A stretch of 64,000 bases of DNA from a virus. Location of the stretch: positions 25,659 through 89,658 of the IMG/VR virus record IMGVR_UViG_3300031957_002938. One strand, 5' to 3'. The notes below the pieces were generated by a model, which saw only the letters and a program-made list of their open reading frames with translations, ran no database searches and was not told where the DNA came from. Position numbers and translations under genes: made by a program. Below are positions 27,228-35,252 of the stretch, piece after piece. How positions within the stretch are numbered: position 1 is the stretch's first letter; every line of letters begins with the position of its first letter.

Positions 27228-27337
27228 ATAAAATAATTAGATAAAATATAAAAAGAATACAATAAAAAAAGCAAATAAATAAAGGCTTCTATTCTAGACA
27301 TGTCGATTTTAACGTTAACGTTCGACATGTATTACAT

Positions 27338-27571
27338 TCATGCGTTCACATTCGACGCATGTTCTTCAGGAAAATACCTGCGAAGACAATCCAAACGATC
27401 ATCTGCATCGACCAAAAGTTCCAAAGCTTGCCTCGCATTCTTCCAGTAATCATCTGTAGAATGATCGCCAATACCTACGGAATGGTCAGATAGTAAATCA
27501 AGAGAAAGCAATGCCTTATCTCTTTCCGCAATAGCTTCGCTGTGAAGCATGTCATATAGTTGTCGTTTCAT
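27338..27571 (-). CDS. Conserved phage hypothetical protein (VGIGDH motif)
   Basis: 77 aa, helical. Confidence 0.7.
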   Translation of the reverse strand: MKRQLYDMLHSEAIAERDKALLSLDLLSDHSVGIGDHSTDDYWKNARQALELLVDADDRLDCLRRYFPEEHASNVNA

Positions 27572-27699
27572 TTATTTTCTTCTTTTTTTCTTTGATGCTC
27601 CTCAATAAAGCGGTCCTGTTCTGCATTAATCCCTAGAAGGCGGCAAACAAATAGGATAAAGGCTATCCAGGCGATAATAATAAATATCCATAATAGCAT
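27568..27699 (-). CDS. Small membrane protein (43 aa)
   Basis: MLLWIFIIIAWIAFILFVCRLLG...; sigma70 promoter directly upstream. Confidence 0.55.
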   Translation of the reverse strand: MLLWIFIIIAWIAFILFVCRLLGINAEQDRFIEEHQRKKEENK

Positions 27700-27776
27700 A
27701 GAGTCGATTATACTTACAATTTAAGTTGCGTCAATAGATTTTTCAAGAATCTAGAAAAAAGTGTAACTAAAAGAGT

Positions 27777-28052
27777 ATGCCTATAGACTTATTAAGCGAA
27801 ATTCATTCTAGCATTTCAGTTGAATCTGGTGATTGGGCCAGTTTTAGAGCTGAAGTCACTGGTATGTATTTATTAAGTGGACAAAATGGTGAAGTCGGTA
27901 GACAACACTTATTAAGAGAATACAACAGGAATATCAACGAGAGATATAAATCTTGGACTGGTTCTGCACCTGTCACCACTGGTTTGTTTATAGAGCCTTA
28001 TAATAACGGGTTTAGTTATATAGGGACTGGAGACTTCAGAGACTACCCTTAA
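27777..28052 (+). CDS. Hypothetical late protein
   Basis: GTGTAA 10 nt upstream; SG/TG-rich like the virion proteins. Confidence 0.65.
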   Translation: MPIDLLSEIHSSISVESGDWASFRAEVTGMYLLSGQNGEVGRQHLLREYNRNINERYKSWTGSAPVTTGLFIEPYNNGFSYIGTGDFRDYP

Positions 28053-28585
28053 ACACTATCTATAGGTAGCTCATACTCCTGATATGGGAGAATCCAATGT
28101 TCGCAATTGGCAATGAATATATCTTGTAGATTAACCATAGACATTAAGTCTTTCCTACCTTTTCTCCTATAACCTTTATAAAGACACTCATTTACTTTTG
28201 TTACAGTGTCTCTCAAATCACATTTTTTCTTTGCTAACTGGTATAAATCAGAATTTTTAACATGCAAAAAGAAAGCTCCTACATCAAAAGCTATCCAAAC
28301 TGGGGTTCCACTTTCATTGCACCAACCAGTTTTGCCACCGACATTTAGAAACTCTAAAAGTATCTTACCTTCTCTTGTAGAGTTTTTTAAACCTTTTAAA
28401 TCCACAGTCTCACCTTCTACAACAAAATCAACATGCCCTATGTCTTGAGCTTTACCTGTCTTCTTGATAGATAAACCTGCCGACAAACAAGAGTCATGAT
28501 ACCTCTTTACAGACTCATCCATCAATTTTTTTGTATGAGCTACATGGCTTAAGCCAGACAGACCTTTAGCTTTATTGGAGATCAT
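28049..28585 (-). CDS. PD-(D/E)XK nuclease-like protein
   Basis: DIGHVDF...TVDLKG...LLEF...GKTGW. Confidence 0.6.
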   Translation of the reverse strand: MISNKAKGLSGLSHVAHTKKLMDESVKRYHDSCLSAGLSIKKTGKAQDIGHVDFVVEGETVDLKGLKNSTREGKILLEFLNVGGKTGWCNESGTPVWIAFDVGAFFLHVKNSDLYQLAKKKCDLRDTVTKVNECLYKGYRRKGRKDLMSMVNLQDIFIANCEHWILPYQEYELPIDSV

Positions 28586-28633
28586 AAGTTGTATTGTAGC
28601 TTATAATTAATTTAAATCAAGTAAATATACAGC

Positions 28634-28662
28634 AAAACCCCCAACCCAAAAGGGAGGGGGTG
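28634..28662 (-). terminator. Rho-independent terminator
   Basis: On the minus strand, accccctccc-tttt-gggttggggg followed by tttt. Confidence 0.65.
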
Positions 28663-28694
28663 TCTAGAGATTAATCTATAAAATAACCCGTAGA

Positions 28695-28877
28695 CTATTT
28701 CTGCTTGGCTTTCCCGACATTTAACGCCGCCCAATCAATTATAGAATAGATTTTAGACCAAATCGTCCCCTCTTTAGGGGTAGGGGTGGCAGCAGCGATT
28801 GCAGATGCGAAAGCGATTCCAGCAGTCACTACACCAAACCAAGGGTTATCTTGAACTAGTTGAAGAATGATATCCAT
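28695..28877 (-). CDS. Small holin-like membrane protein
   Basis: ASAIAAATPTP...IDWAALNVGKAK family; GTGTAA 8 nt upstream. Confidence 0.55.
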   Translation of the reverse strand: MDIILQLVQDNPWFGVVTAGIAFASAIAAATPTPKEGTIWSKIYSIIDWAALNVGKAKQK

Positions 28878-28891
28878 ATTGTTATTTACAC

Positions 28892-29494
28892 CTAATCAGG
28901 ATAAACTATGTAACCTTTTTCTTTGATTTTAGACCAAATTTGCCTTTCTGCCCATTCCTCCTGAAATCTTTCTTGATTAGATTTTAGCCATCTTTCGTGA
29001 GAGTCTTTTGTTATTTGAAGAGCTGCACTCTTAGATTTCCAATCTCCCACTTTAGTATCAGAATCTCTGTCTATTTTGTAAATTTTGAAAAATTGCCTGT
29101 AGATTTTAAGGTGGGCTAATTCAATATCGTGAACTGTTTTGTATTTATCCACAGGTGACCAATGAGGCACGGCAATTAGTTTATTATCAACTTCTCCACC
29201 GTCAATAAAACCTAAAACCCCAAGGACACGGCAAGATACTAAACTCCCTCTATCTATAGGGTCATGGTTAAAAATTAAAACATCTAGAGGATCGTTATCA
29301 AGGGCAATAGTTTGTGGAATAAACCCATAATTTATTGGATATTGCAAAGAAGAAACAAGACATCTATCTAATTTAAATATGTTTAAACTCTCATCATACT
29401 CATATTTTGTATTAGTCCCTTTAGGTATTTCTACGATACAATTCACATGCTCATAATCATCTGAAGTAATAGGAATATCGTTAACTAAATTCAT
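28892..29494 (-). CDS. ppa: Inorganic pyrophosphatase (family I)
   Basis: EIPKG..KYEYD, LDR, YPINYGFIPQT..DNDPLDVL, DNKLIAV, FFKIYK. Confidence 0.95.
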   Translation of the reverse strand: MNLVNDIPITSDDYEHVNCIVEIPKGTNTKYEYDESLNIFKLDRCLVSSLQYPINYGFIPQTIALDNDPLDVLIFNHDPIDRGSLVSCRVLGVLGFIDGGEVDNKLIAVPHWSPVDKYKTVHDIELAHLKIYRQFFKIYKIDRDSDTKVGDWKSKSAALQITKDSHERWLKSNQERFQEEWAERQIWSKIKEKGYIVYPD

Positions 29495-29978
29495 TTAAAT
29501 CTTTATTTTCTATTTCCCAATTATCTGCTCTTAGGGGAAAAGATTCTGGACCCCTCATCCGAACCGTCCCTTTCGGGTAGAAAGACGCTCTCTTTTTAAA
29601 ATCTTTTTTAGAAACCCAACCACAGATAGAGAGATTTTTCTTTTTAGTATTCAAGGAAGTAAAAATGTAAGCCTCTGATTTGTGTTTCAATTGCACATCA
29701 AAAACATTATTTATGTAAAAAGGTTTGGGATCTACAGTCCTATTCATAGACTTTATGTCGGTTTTCTGGCCTTTATACATTACATCGTAACCGCCATCAA
29801 ACCCTTTAGGTTCTATTAACGGGAGTTTTAAATATTGCCTCACCATATTTTCAGAAAGTATCCCAATAAATTGTTCTTTGGGACTTCCATCATCTTTACC
29901 TCTTTGCCCAAAATTATTTTCTTCTACTAATTTTTTACTGTAATCATAAACTTCTTTCTTAATAGGTAATGTTATCAT
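29481..29978 (-). CDS. PD-(D/E)XK endonuclease-like protein
   Basis: GILSE...FDGGYD...TDIKS...CGW. Confidence 0.6.
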   Translation of the reverse strand: MITLPIKKEVYDYSKKLVEENNFGQRGKDDGSPKEQFIGILSENMVRQYLKLPLIEPKGFDGGYDVMYKGQKTDIKSMNRTVDPKPFYINNVFDVQLKHKSEAYIFTSLNTKKKNLSICGWVSKKDFKKRASFYPKGTVRMRGPESFPLRADNWEIENKDLNEFS

Positions 29979-29984
29979 TTGTTT

Positions 29985-31244
29985 TTAATTATTGAATTCA
30001 AGCTTAATAGCTTTTGAAGTCCCAGCCAAACCAAGATAAACATCGTCGCCTTTTACTAAAGGTGCTGTTGAGTATCCCGTCCCGATGCTCATAATACCAG
30101 AGCCGTCTTCAACAGTCAAGTTGCCATCTGAAAATTCATATTCATAATCTTTCCACTGTATCTCATAAGTCTCTGGATTAATCCTAAAACATTTTGTATC
30201 AGCCCAAAACGTGCTGTAAACCCAACCGTCAGGGGCTAAATAACCTTGAAAGCTTTTGTTTTTATTAGCTACCGCCAAGAAATCTGGAGGCAAATCAATC
30301 TCTTCATAGCTATCGTCAGAACAATCAATGATAAGAATTTTTCTACCTGTTCTTGGGATGCAAAATACTTTATTAACTGATGCAACATATGTAGCTCCTA
30401 CATATTTGACATCAAACCCACTGGTCCCAGATTTAACAGGTTCTCCCTCAAGATATTTAAAAACGCCATTTTTATCTATTTTAGCGACGCTTTGATTCAA
30501 AGCAGGGGGCATATAAATCTCTCCCTTTGCATCTGCTGCTGCACCCCAAATATGGCCAAAAGCTGACCAAAATCCACCTTTGACTGGTTTATCTGGGGTG
30601 TATGATCCTACTTCTCCAGTATTTGTATCTAAAGTATAAATCTTTAGAGTCTTAGTGTATGAGGGCATATAAATAATACCATTTAACCCCTCTGCCCCAG
30701 ATCTAATTTGAGGACTCGTCCTGAATTTTTTTTCTATGGTTATAGAACCAGTCTTCCTACCAAGCTTACCAATAGAACTCGCATAAGCTGGCATAAAATA
30801 AGTGTATCCATCTGAAGCTTCAACAGTGCCGATAAAACCTTTATAACCTAATTCATTTCTTTTTATAGAATCAGTAGCTGTATCAGTCTCAATATGCATA
30901 TTCGACTTATAACCTAATGAATGAATTGTCCCGTTATCATCCATAGCCATAGTGCGTGTTTTGGTAAGATTACCTACTATTTCATTTTTTAAATATTTAA
31001 AATTCGGCCAAGGCAAATTCCTTAAATTAATACTGACGCTCGTCGAACCGATGCCAACACTCGTCGAACCAATGCCAACGCTCGTCGAACCGATACCAAC
31101 GCTCGTCGAACCGATACCAACGCTCGTCGAACCAATGCCAACGCTCGTCGAACCGATACCAACTCTTGGAGACACAACCTCGTCAACTGCTTTGTTGTAA
31201 CTTTTAAATAAGTTAATTATTTTTTTTATAAATCCAAAAAACAT
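29985..31244 (-). CDS. Beta-propeller-like protein with N-terminal (VGIGSTS)x6 repeat
   Basis: Repeating DG.IY.MP / G.VY blade-like motifs. Confidence 0.65.
   Translation of the reverse strand: MFFGFIKKIINLFKSYNKAVDEVVSPRVGIGSTSVGIGSTSVGIGSTSVGIGSTSVGIGSTSVGIGSTSVSINLRNLPWPNFKYLKNEIVGNLTKTRTMAMDDNGTIHSLGYKSNMHIETDTATDSIKRNELGYKGFIGTVEASDGYTYFMPAYASSIGKLGRKTGSITIEKKFRTSPQIRSGAEGLNGIIYMPSYTKTLKIYTLDTNTGEVGSYTPDKPVKGGFWSAFGHIWGAAADAKGEIYMPPALNQSVAKIDKNGVFKYLEGEPVKSGTSGFDVKYVGATYVASVNKVFCIPRTGRKILIIDCSDDSYEEIDLPPDFLAVANKNKSFQGYLAPDGWVYSTFWADTKCFRINPETYEIQWKDYEYEFSDGNLTVEDGSGIMSIGTGYSTAPLVKGDDVYLGLAGTSKAIKLEFNN
31038..31163 (-). repeat. Six tandem 21-bp in-frame repeats
   Basis: (gctcgtcgaaccratrccaac)x6. 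Confidence 0.95.
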
Positions 31245-31249
31245 CTTTT

Positions 31250-31549
31250 TTAATAATCTAAAAGAACATACGTAGGTGCAATTTCAGAAATTTCTTTGCA
31301 GACACTTTCTATCTCTTGTTTTTCCATTTTCCGAGACAATCTCTTAAGCCTAGTGACCTCCCAACAAAACTTTTGGTATTCTTCGTTTTGGGTGATGTTT
31401 GTTCTAGTCTCGCTGTCGTAGACAAACGAGTCAAAAGTCTCGTATCTTGTCGGGTCGATACACCTCTCAATAGGATCAAAAACTGAATTACCAACAACCC
31501 AATTAAAGATATCATGGGTGTTGACCTTGATGTTGAATTTATTCATCAA
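31250..31549 (-). CDS. Hypothetical protein
   Basis: ORF track. Confidence 0.6.
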   Translation of the reverse strand: MMNKFNIKVNTHDIFNWVVGNSVFDPIERCIDPTRYETFDSFVYDSETRTNITQNEEYQKFCWEVTRLKRLSRKMEKQEIESVCKEISEIAPTYVLLDY

Positions 31550-31579
31550 GTATTATATATAGCGATAACTATATGTCTA

Positions 31580-32200
31580 CTAAACTATTCTGATTCTACT
31601 CCTGATTTTAGAGACATGGCGTTTCTTCTCTAATACGGAGCCACCTTCTCTACTACCAGCGCCATTAGTATTGCCTTCTATAGTGATAACATAACCACTA
31701 GAATCAATGTCTTTTACAGCGAGACCTATATGAGAGAATGAGAAAACAACAATGTCACCAGCTTTGATGTCCTCATTCGTTGGCTTACGTAGGTCTACAC
31801 CTTTACCAGATTGTTGTTTAGCCCAATTTTCAAAATCCCAAGCACCCGCAGTTCTAGGACGTTTAAAAGAAACGTCTTCTCCTTCTATAGCTTCTCTGAC
31901 TAGCCAACAAATAAAAGCCGCGCACCAAGGCCAACCTTTATCTGGGTCTAACCAAGTAGCAGCTTTATATTGATCTACTCTTGGGCCACAATTACTACCA
32001 TCAACTTCTGATACTCCTATCTCTCCGCGAGCTAATTGAACCATTTTATCTCCTATACCACCAGAGAGATTAACGGCTTCTTTTGTAGATAGTTCCGCTA
32101 ATATAGCATTCCAAGTTACAGGTCCATCAGCACCATCAGAAGAAACACCGAGGAGTTTTTGAATCGCTTTTACAACTTCTTTTTTACCTTTAAAATTCAT
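31580..32200 (-). CDS. Endolysin: PG-binding domain plus CHAP amidase
   Basis: IQKLLGV..DG.DGP.TW; PWCAAFI, GDIVVF..SHIG, TIEGNT. Confidence 0.9.
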   Translation of the reverse strand: MNFKGKKEVVKAIQKLLGVSSDGADGPVTWNAILAELSTKEAVNLSGGIGDKMVQLARGEIGVSEVDGSNCGPRVDQYKAATWLDPDKGWPWCAAFICWLVREAIEGEDVSFKRPRTAGAWDFENWAKQQSGKGVDLRKPTNEDIKAGDIVVFSFSHIGLAVKDIDSSGYVITIEGNTNGAGSREGGSVLEKKRHVSKIRSRIRIV

Positions 32201-32805
32201 TACGCACACTTTCTACTAAATCCAGTACATATCGACATTACAACACATAATACGATAGCCAAGATCATAAAATCTCTATAAGTCGAAATTTCATTATTTA
32301 AAATTTCAGATTGAGCTTCATTATAATACATTTTTATATCCATTATTTGATTAATAGCGTCAATCGTGGGGTCGGTCATCTCATACATTACAGGAACTGA
32401 AGCTTTAATTTTATCTACCTCACCAGCTTGACCCCATTTAATTAACTTATCTACATACAAAGTTATTTTTTCTTCTTGATCAAAAACAAATTGAGCGAAT
32501 TCTTTTTCTTCAGAAGTAATATTTTTTTTATAATCTTTTAGAAGTTTATCTTTATTAACCCTTTCCTCTTCTAAAACATCCACCATTTCTAAAGGAGTAA
32601 TGACTCCATGAGAAGTTTTAACTACGGAATCGACTATAATTACTCCATACCAATCAAAACACATCCCTATTTCCATAATAGAAGACTCCGATTGCCTAGC
32701 ATTTTCTTTTAAGGTCGATTCGATATTCTCCGTAAGAATTAAACCTTTCCAAGCAAAGCAAAGGGAAATAGCAGCTAAACAATAAACTATAAATTTAGGT
32801 CTCAT
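32200..32805 (-). CDS. Stand-alone chemoreceptor-type four-helix-bundle sensor (TM-periplasmic-TM)
   Basis: DWYGVIIVDSVVK..HG.I, Y...ITSEEK and MYEMTDPTIDAINQIMDI resemble 4HB_MCP ligand-binding domains; no cytoplasmic signalling domain. Confidence 0.55.
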   Translation of the reverse strand: MRPKFIVYCLAAISLCFAWKGLILTENIESTLKENARQSESSIMEIGMCFDWYGVIIVDSVVKTSHGVITPLEMVDVLEEERVNKDKLLKDYKKNITSEEKEFAQFVFDQEEKITLYVDKLIKWGQAGEVDKIKASVPVMYEMTDPTIDAINQIMDIKMYYNEAQSEILNNEISTYRDFMILAIVLCVVMSICTGFSRKCA

Positions 32806-33119
32806 CTTTTAATAAATTTCGCTGGGTTTTTAGCGAATTTTTCTCCTAGACGCACAATTCCAGCAATTATTTCAGGGCTAATTACACCAATAATACCATA
32901 AGTAACTGCTTTCGTAAGAGAGGATACATCTGTTTGCTCTAAAACAAACCAAGCAATACCAGCAGATATGGCTGCTGTTAATACTCTTTTTAATTGTTGT
33001 TTTATTGATAATCCATTATGACCAGACAAAAGTCTAGCAAACATAGCTGCTGCGCCGACTAGAGGTACTAACCATCCCCCATTTAAAAACTCTCTTAAAA
33101 TAGACTTTTCAGGTTCCAT
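32802..33119 (-). CDS. Holin (LydA-like, 3 TM)
   Basis: Three hydrophobic segments, basic C-terminus, upstream of the endolysin, GTGTAA motif. Confidence 0.7.
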   Translation of the reverse strand: MEPEKSILREFLNGGWLVPLVGAAAMFARLLSGHNGLSIKQQLKRVLTAAISAGIAWFVLEQTDVSSLTKAVTYGIIGVISPEIIAGIVRLGEKFAKNPAKFIKR

Positions 33120-33142
33120 GTTTAATTAATTACACGGAATAT

Positions 33143-33171
33143 AAAAAAAGCCCCCCTTTCGGGAGGCTTTT
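33143..33171 (-). terminator. Rho-independent terminator (possibly bidirectional)
   Basis: aaaaaaagccccc-ctttc-gggaggctttt. Confidence 0.75.
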
Positions 33172-33195
33172 AATAACAATTTTTTTAGTCTGTTA

Positions 33196-33888
33196 TTAGA
33201 ATTCGTATTTAAATCCTAGTCCAAAGTTCCAATCATGATCAAGACTATATGGTGAATTGTCTACATCATTGTGGTTATAAGTAGCTTTAGCTGCGACTGA
33301 AAGTCCGTTGCCAAAATCATAATCAACAACTGTCCCAACCTCTACTGCGTTGTAAGAGTTAGCTAAGTTAGTTGTGATAAATGGAATGACGCTAAGATTA
33401 GCGACTGGAGTTTCAAAGATTCGGGAAGCAGTAAGCTCTACACCGTAGGAAGCGCTTGATCCAAGCTCATGCCAAACAGTTGCACTTACGTCAGCCAACT
33501 CATGAGAGTAAGCTAAACCCAAACCAACTTGCTCCCAACCTCCGAAATCAGTTTCTACCTTTTGGAAAGATACTTTAGCATCGAAAGCTTGACCCAAAAA
33601 ATCGACACCTCTACTCCAAGAAACATCAACCTGTGAATCAGTGTCATTATCTGTTTCGAAGAGACCTACACCAGCAGAAAGAGATCCTCCACCAACATCA
33701 GTGCCGAGAAGAAGAGAATAGTTAAATGCATCATCTCTTACTTTTAGACCCCTAGTGTTTGTTAATTCAGTGTGAGAAACTCCGAGATCTACAGAGATAC
33801 CTTGAGTAAGGCTAGAAGAAGTTTCGGTTCCTGCGCTACTGAAAGCAGCGCCCAACATAGTCATAAGACCAATTACTAGTTTTTTCAT
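33196..33888 (-). CDS. Outer-membrane beta-barrel protein
   Basis: Sec signal peptide, alternating amphipathic strands, C-terminal GLGFKYEF BAM motif. Confidence 0.8.
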   Translation of the reverse strand: MKKLVIGLMTMLGAAFSSAGTETSSSLTQGISVDLGVSHTELTNTRGLKVRDDAFNYSLLLGTDVGGGSLSAGVGLFETDNDTDSQVDVSWSRGVDFLGQAFDAKVSFQKVETDFGGWEQVGLGLAYSHELADVSATVWHELGSSASYGVELTASRIFETPVANLSVIPFITTNLANSYNAVEVGTVVDYDFGNGLSVAAKATYNHNDVDNSPYSLDHDWNFGLGFKYEF

Positions 33889-33946
33889 ATATATTTTCTA
33901 TTATTACAATTTTTTAATTTTTGTCAAATAAAAGTTACACTAAAAG

Positions 33947-34189
33947 TTATTTTCCAGAGTAAATTTCTCTTTCTAATCTACGGAAACGAGCATCTGAATG
34001 CCAAACTTCATCAGTTTGAGGTGTATAAATACCCTCTTTAGTCTGTATTGGAAGCCCCTTGTCCAGTTTTAGAATAGAAGGTTGATAAATGTTTAAACTG
34101 TTTACGCTCATCAGCGAGTTGCTGGCGCAAGAGGTCAGCCCTATCAGCGTCATCGCTAGTGCCATTTTGCCTAAGTTTTTCAATTTCAT
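33947..34189 (-). CDS. o-spanin-like lipoprotein
   Basis: Lipobox LTSC; overlaps 34038-34307 in another frame. Confidence 0.6.
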   Translation of the reverse strand: MKLKNLGKMALAMTLIGLTSCASNSLMSVNSLNIYQPSILKLDKGLPIQTKEGIYTPQTDEVWHSDARFRRLEREIYSGK

Positions 34190-34307
34190 TAATAAGTTTT
34201 ACTTCTGTTTGTTGATGTTCCTTATGTAAATCGTAATAAAATTTATTATTTTTTATATTTAAAAATAATTCTAAAGATTTTAAAATAGATTTAATTATGG
34301 AAAACAT
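34038..34307 (-). CDS. i-spanin-like protein
   Basis: Amphipathic N-terminus plus coiled coil; Rz/Rz1-like overlap with the lipoprotein. Confidence 0.5.
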   Translation of the reverse strand: MFSIIKSILKSLELFLNIKNNKFYYDLHKEHQQTEVKLINEIEKLRQNGTSDDADRADLLRQQLADERKQFKHLSTFYSKTGQGASNTD

Positions 34308-34504
34308 TATTTTTTGGCTTTCTTACTATAATCAAAAATAAGTTTTTCTGTAACATCGCCGTCATAGACTTCTTTTACAACGCCTCTAACTGCTTTAGCA
34401 CAATCAATAGCCCAATCGCGAGAACCTTTTAGCTTTGCACTGTAGCCATGATGATACTCGCCCTTCTTCGTATATACCCTGTAAAGGATAGGTTTCGATT
34501 TCAT
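34307..34504 (-). CDS. Hypothetical protein
   Basis: ORF track, overlapping neighbours. Confidence 0.6.
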   Translation of the reverse strand: MKSKPILYRVYTKKGEYHHGYSAKLKGSRDWAIDCAKAVRGVVKEVYDGDVTEKLIFDYSKKAKK

Positions 34505-35211
34505 TTATTTGGTATAAATTGCAGGGAGATATTCCCTACATTGTTTTCATTATCAGAGATAAGTCCATTTAGAAGAACAGATTCAGAGAGAAAGTCAACC
34601 CCTTTTTCATCTAAAAGGTAAATTTCTTCATCAATAGCAATTTCTCTTAGCAATCCATGCTTAACTCTTCGAGTTGATCTAAGGAACGCATCCTTACCAA
34701 CTAAATGTTCAGTTGCTTTATTTGTTCCTACTACTTTGAATTTAACGGTCATAATATTTTTATTACAGAAAATTACAGTGTTGTCCTCGTCATTGAGGAT
34801 AATAGCGTTTTTGCAATATTTTTCAATCCATTTTTTGAAAGACCTAACTTTAAAAGTGCGCCTGATTTCACTTTTTAAATAAGCTTTATCAGAGTCTTCA
34901 AGAGCTTTTTTTACCAAAAGACGAGCTGTTGATGCGAGCTTAAAGTTGCCAGCTTTTGAAGAAATACCAAAAATAAAAACTAAATCTAAACACATCTGCT
35001 CTTCTTTGATAAACGAAAAAGCAAATGGCCCGTCTTCTTTTTCAACTTTATAAACCCTGTAAGACGAAAATTCTTCGAATACGTTTTTTATTTTATAATC
35101 CCTTAAAGCTTTTGATTTGAGAGAGCAGAAGTCATAAGGTTTTGATTTTACACAAAACTCATAAAAATATGGCCATACTTCAGCAGGGTCTTTTACCTGT
35201 GTAATTTTCAC
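34501..35211 (-). CDS. Hypothetical protein (possible degenerate GNAT-like N-domain)
   Basis: 236 aa ORF. Confidence 0.55.
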   Translation of the reverse strand: MKITQVKDPAEVWPYFYEFCVKSKPYDFCSLKSKALRDYKIKNVFEEFSSYRVYKVEKEDGPFAFSFIKEEQMCLDLVFIFGISSKAGNFKLASTARLLVKKALEDSDKAYLKSEIRRTFKVRSFKKWIEKYCKNAIILNDEDNTVIFCNKNIMTVKFKVVGTNKATEHLVGKDAFLRSTRRVKHGLLREIAIDEEIYLLDEKGVDFLSESVLLNGLISDNENNVGNISLQFIPNK

Positions 35212-35238
35212 TTCTTTTTTATATTATATAATAATAAA

Positions 35239-35244
35239 GTGTAA
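35239..35244 (+). promoter_or_regulatory. GTGTAA candidate late promoter (also at 4946, 10642, 11508, 22808, 27761, 28886, 33130)
   Basis: Same hexamer 8-14 nt upstream of start codons of structural and lysis operons. Confidence 0.65.
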
Positions 35245-35252
35245 TTTAAAAT

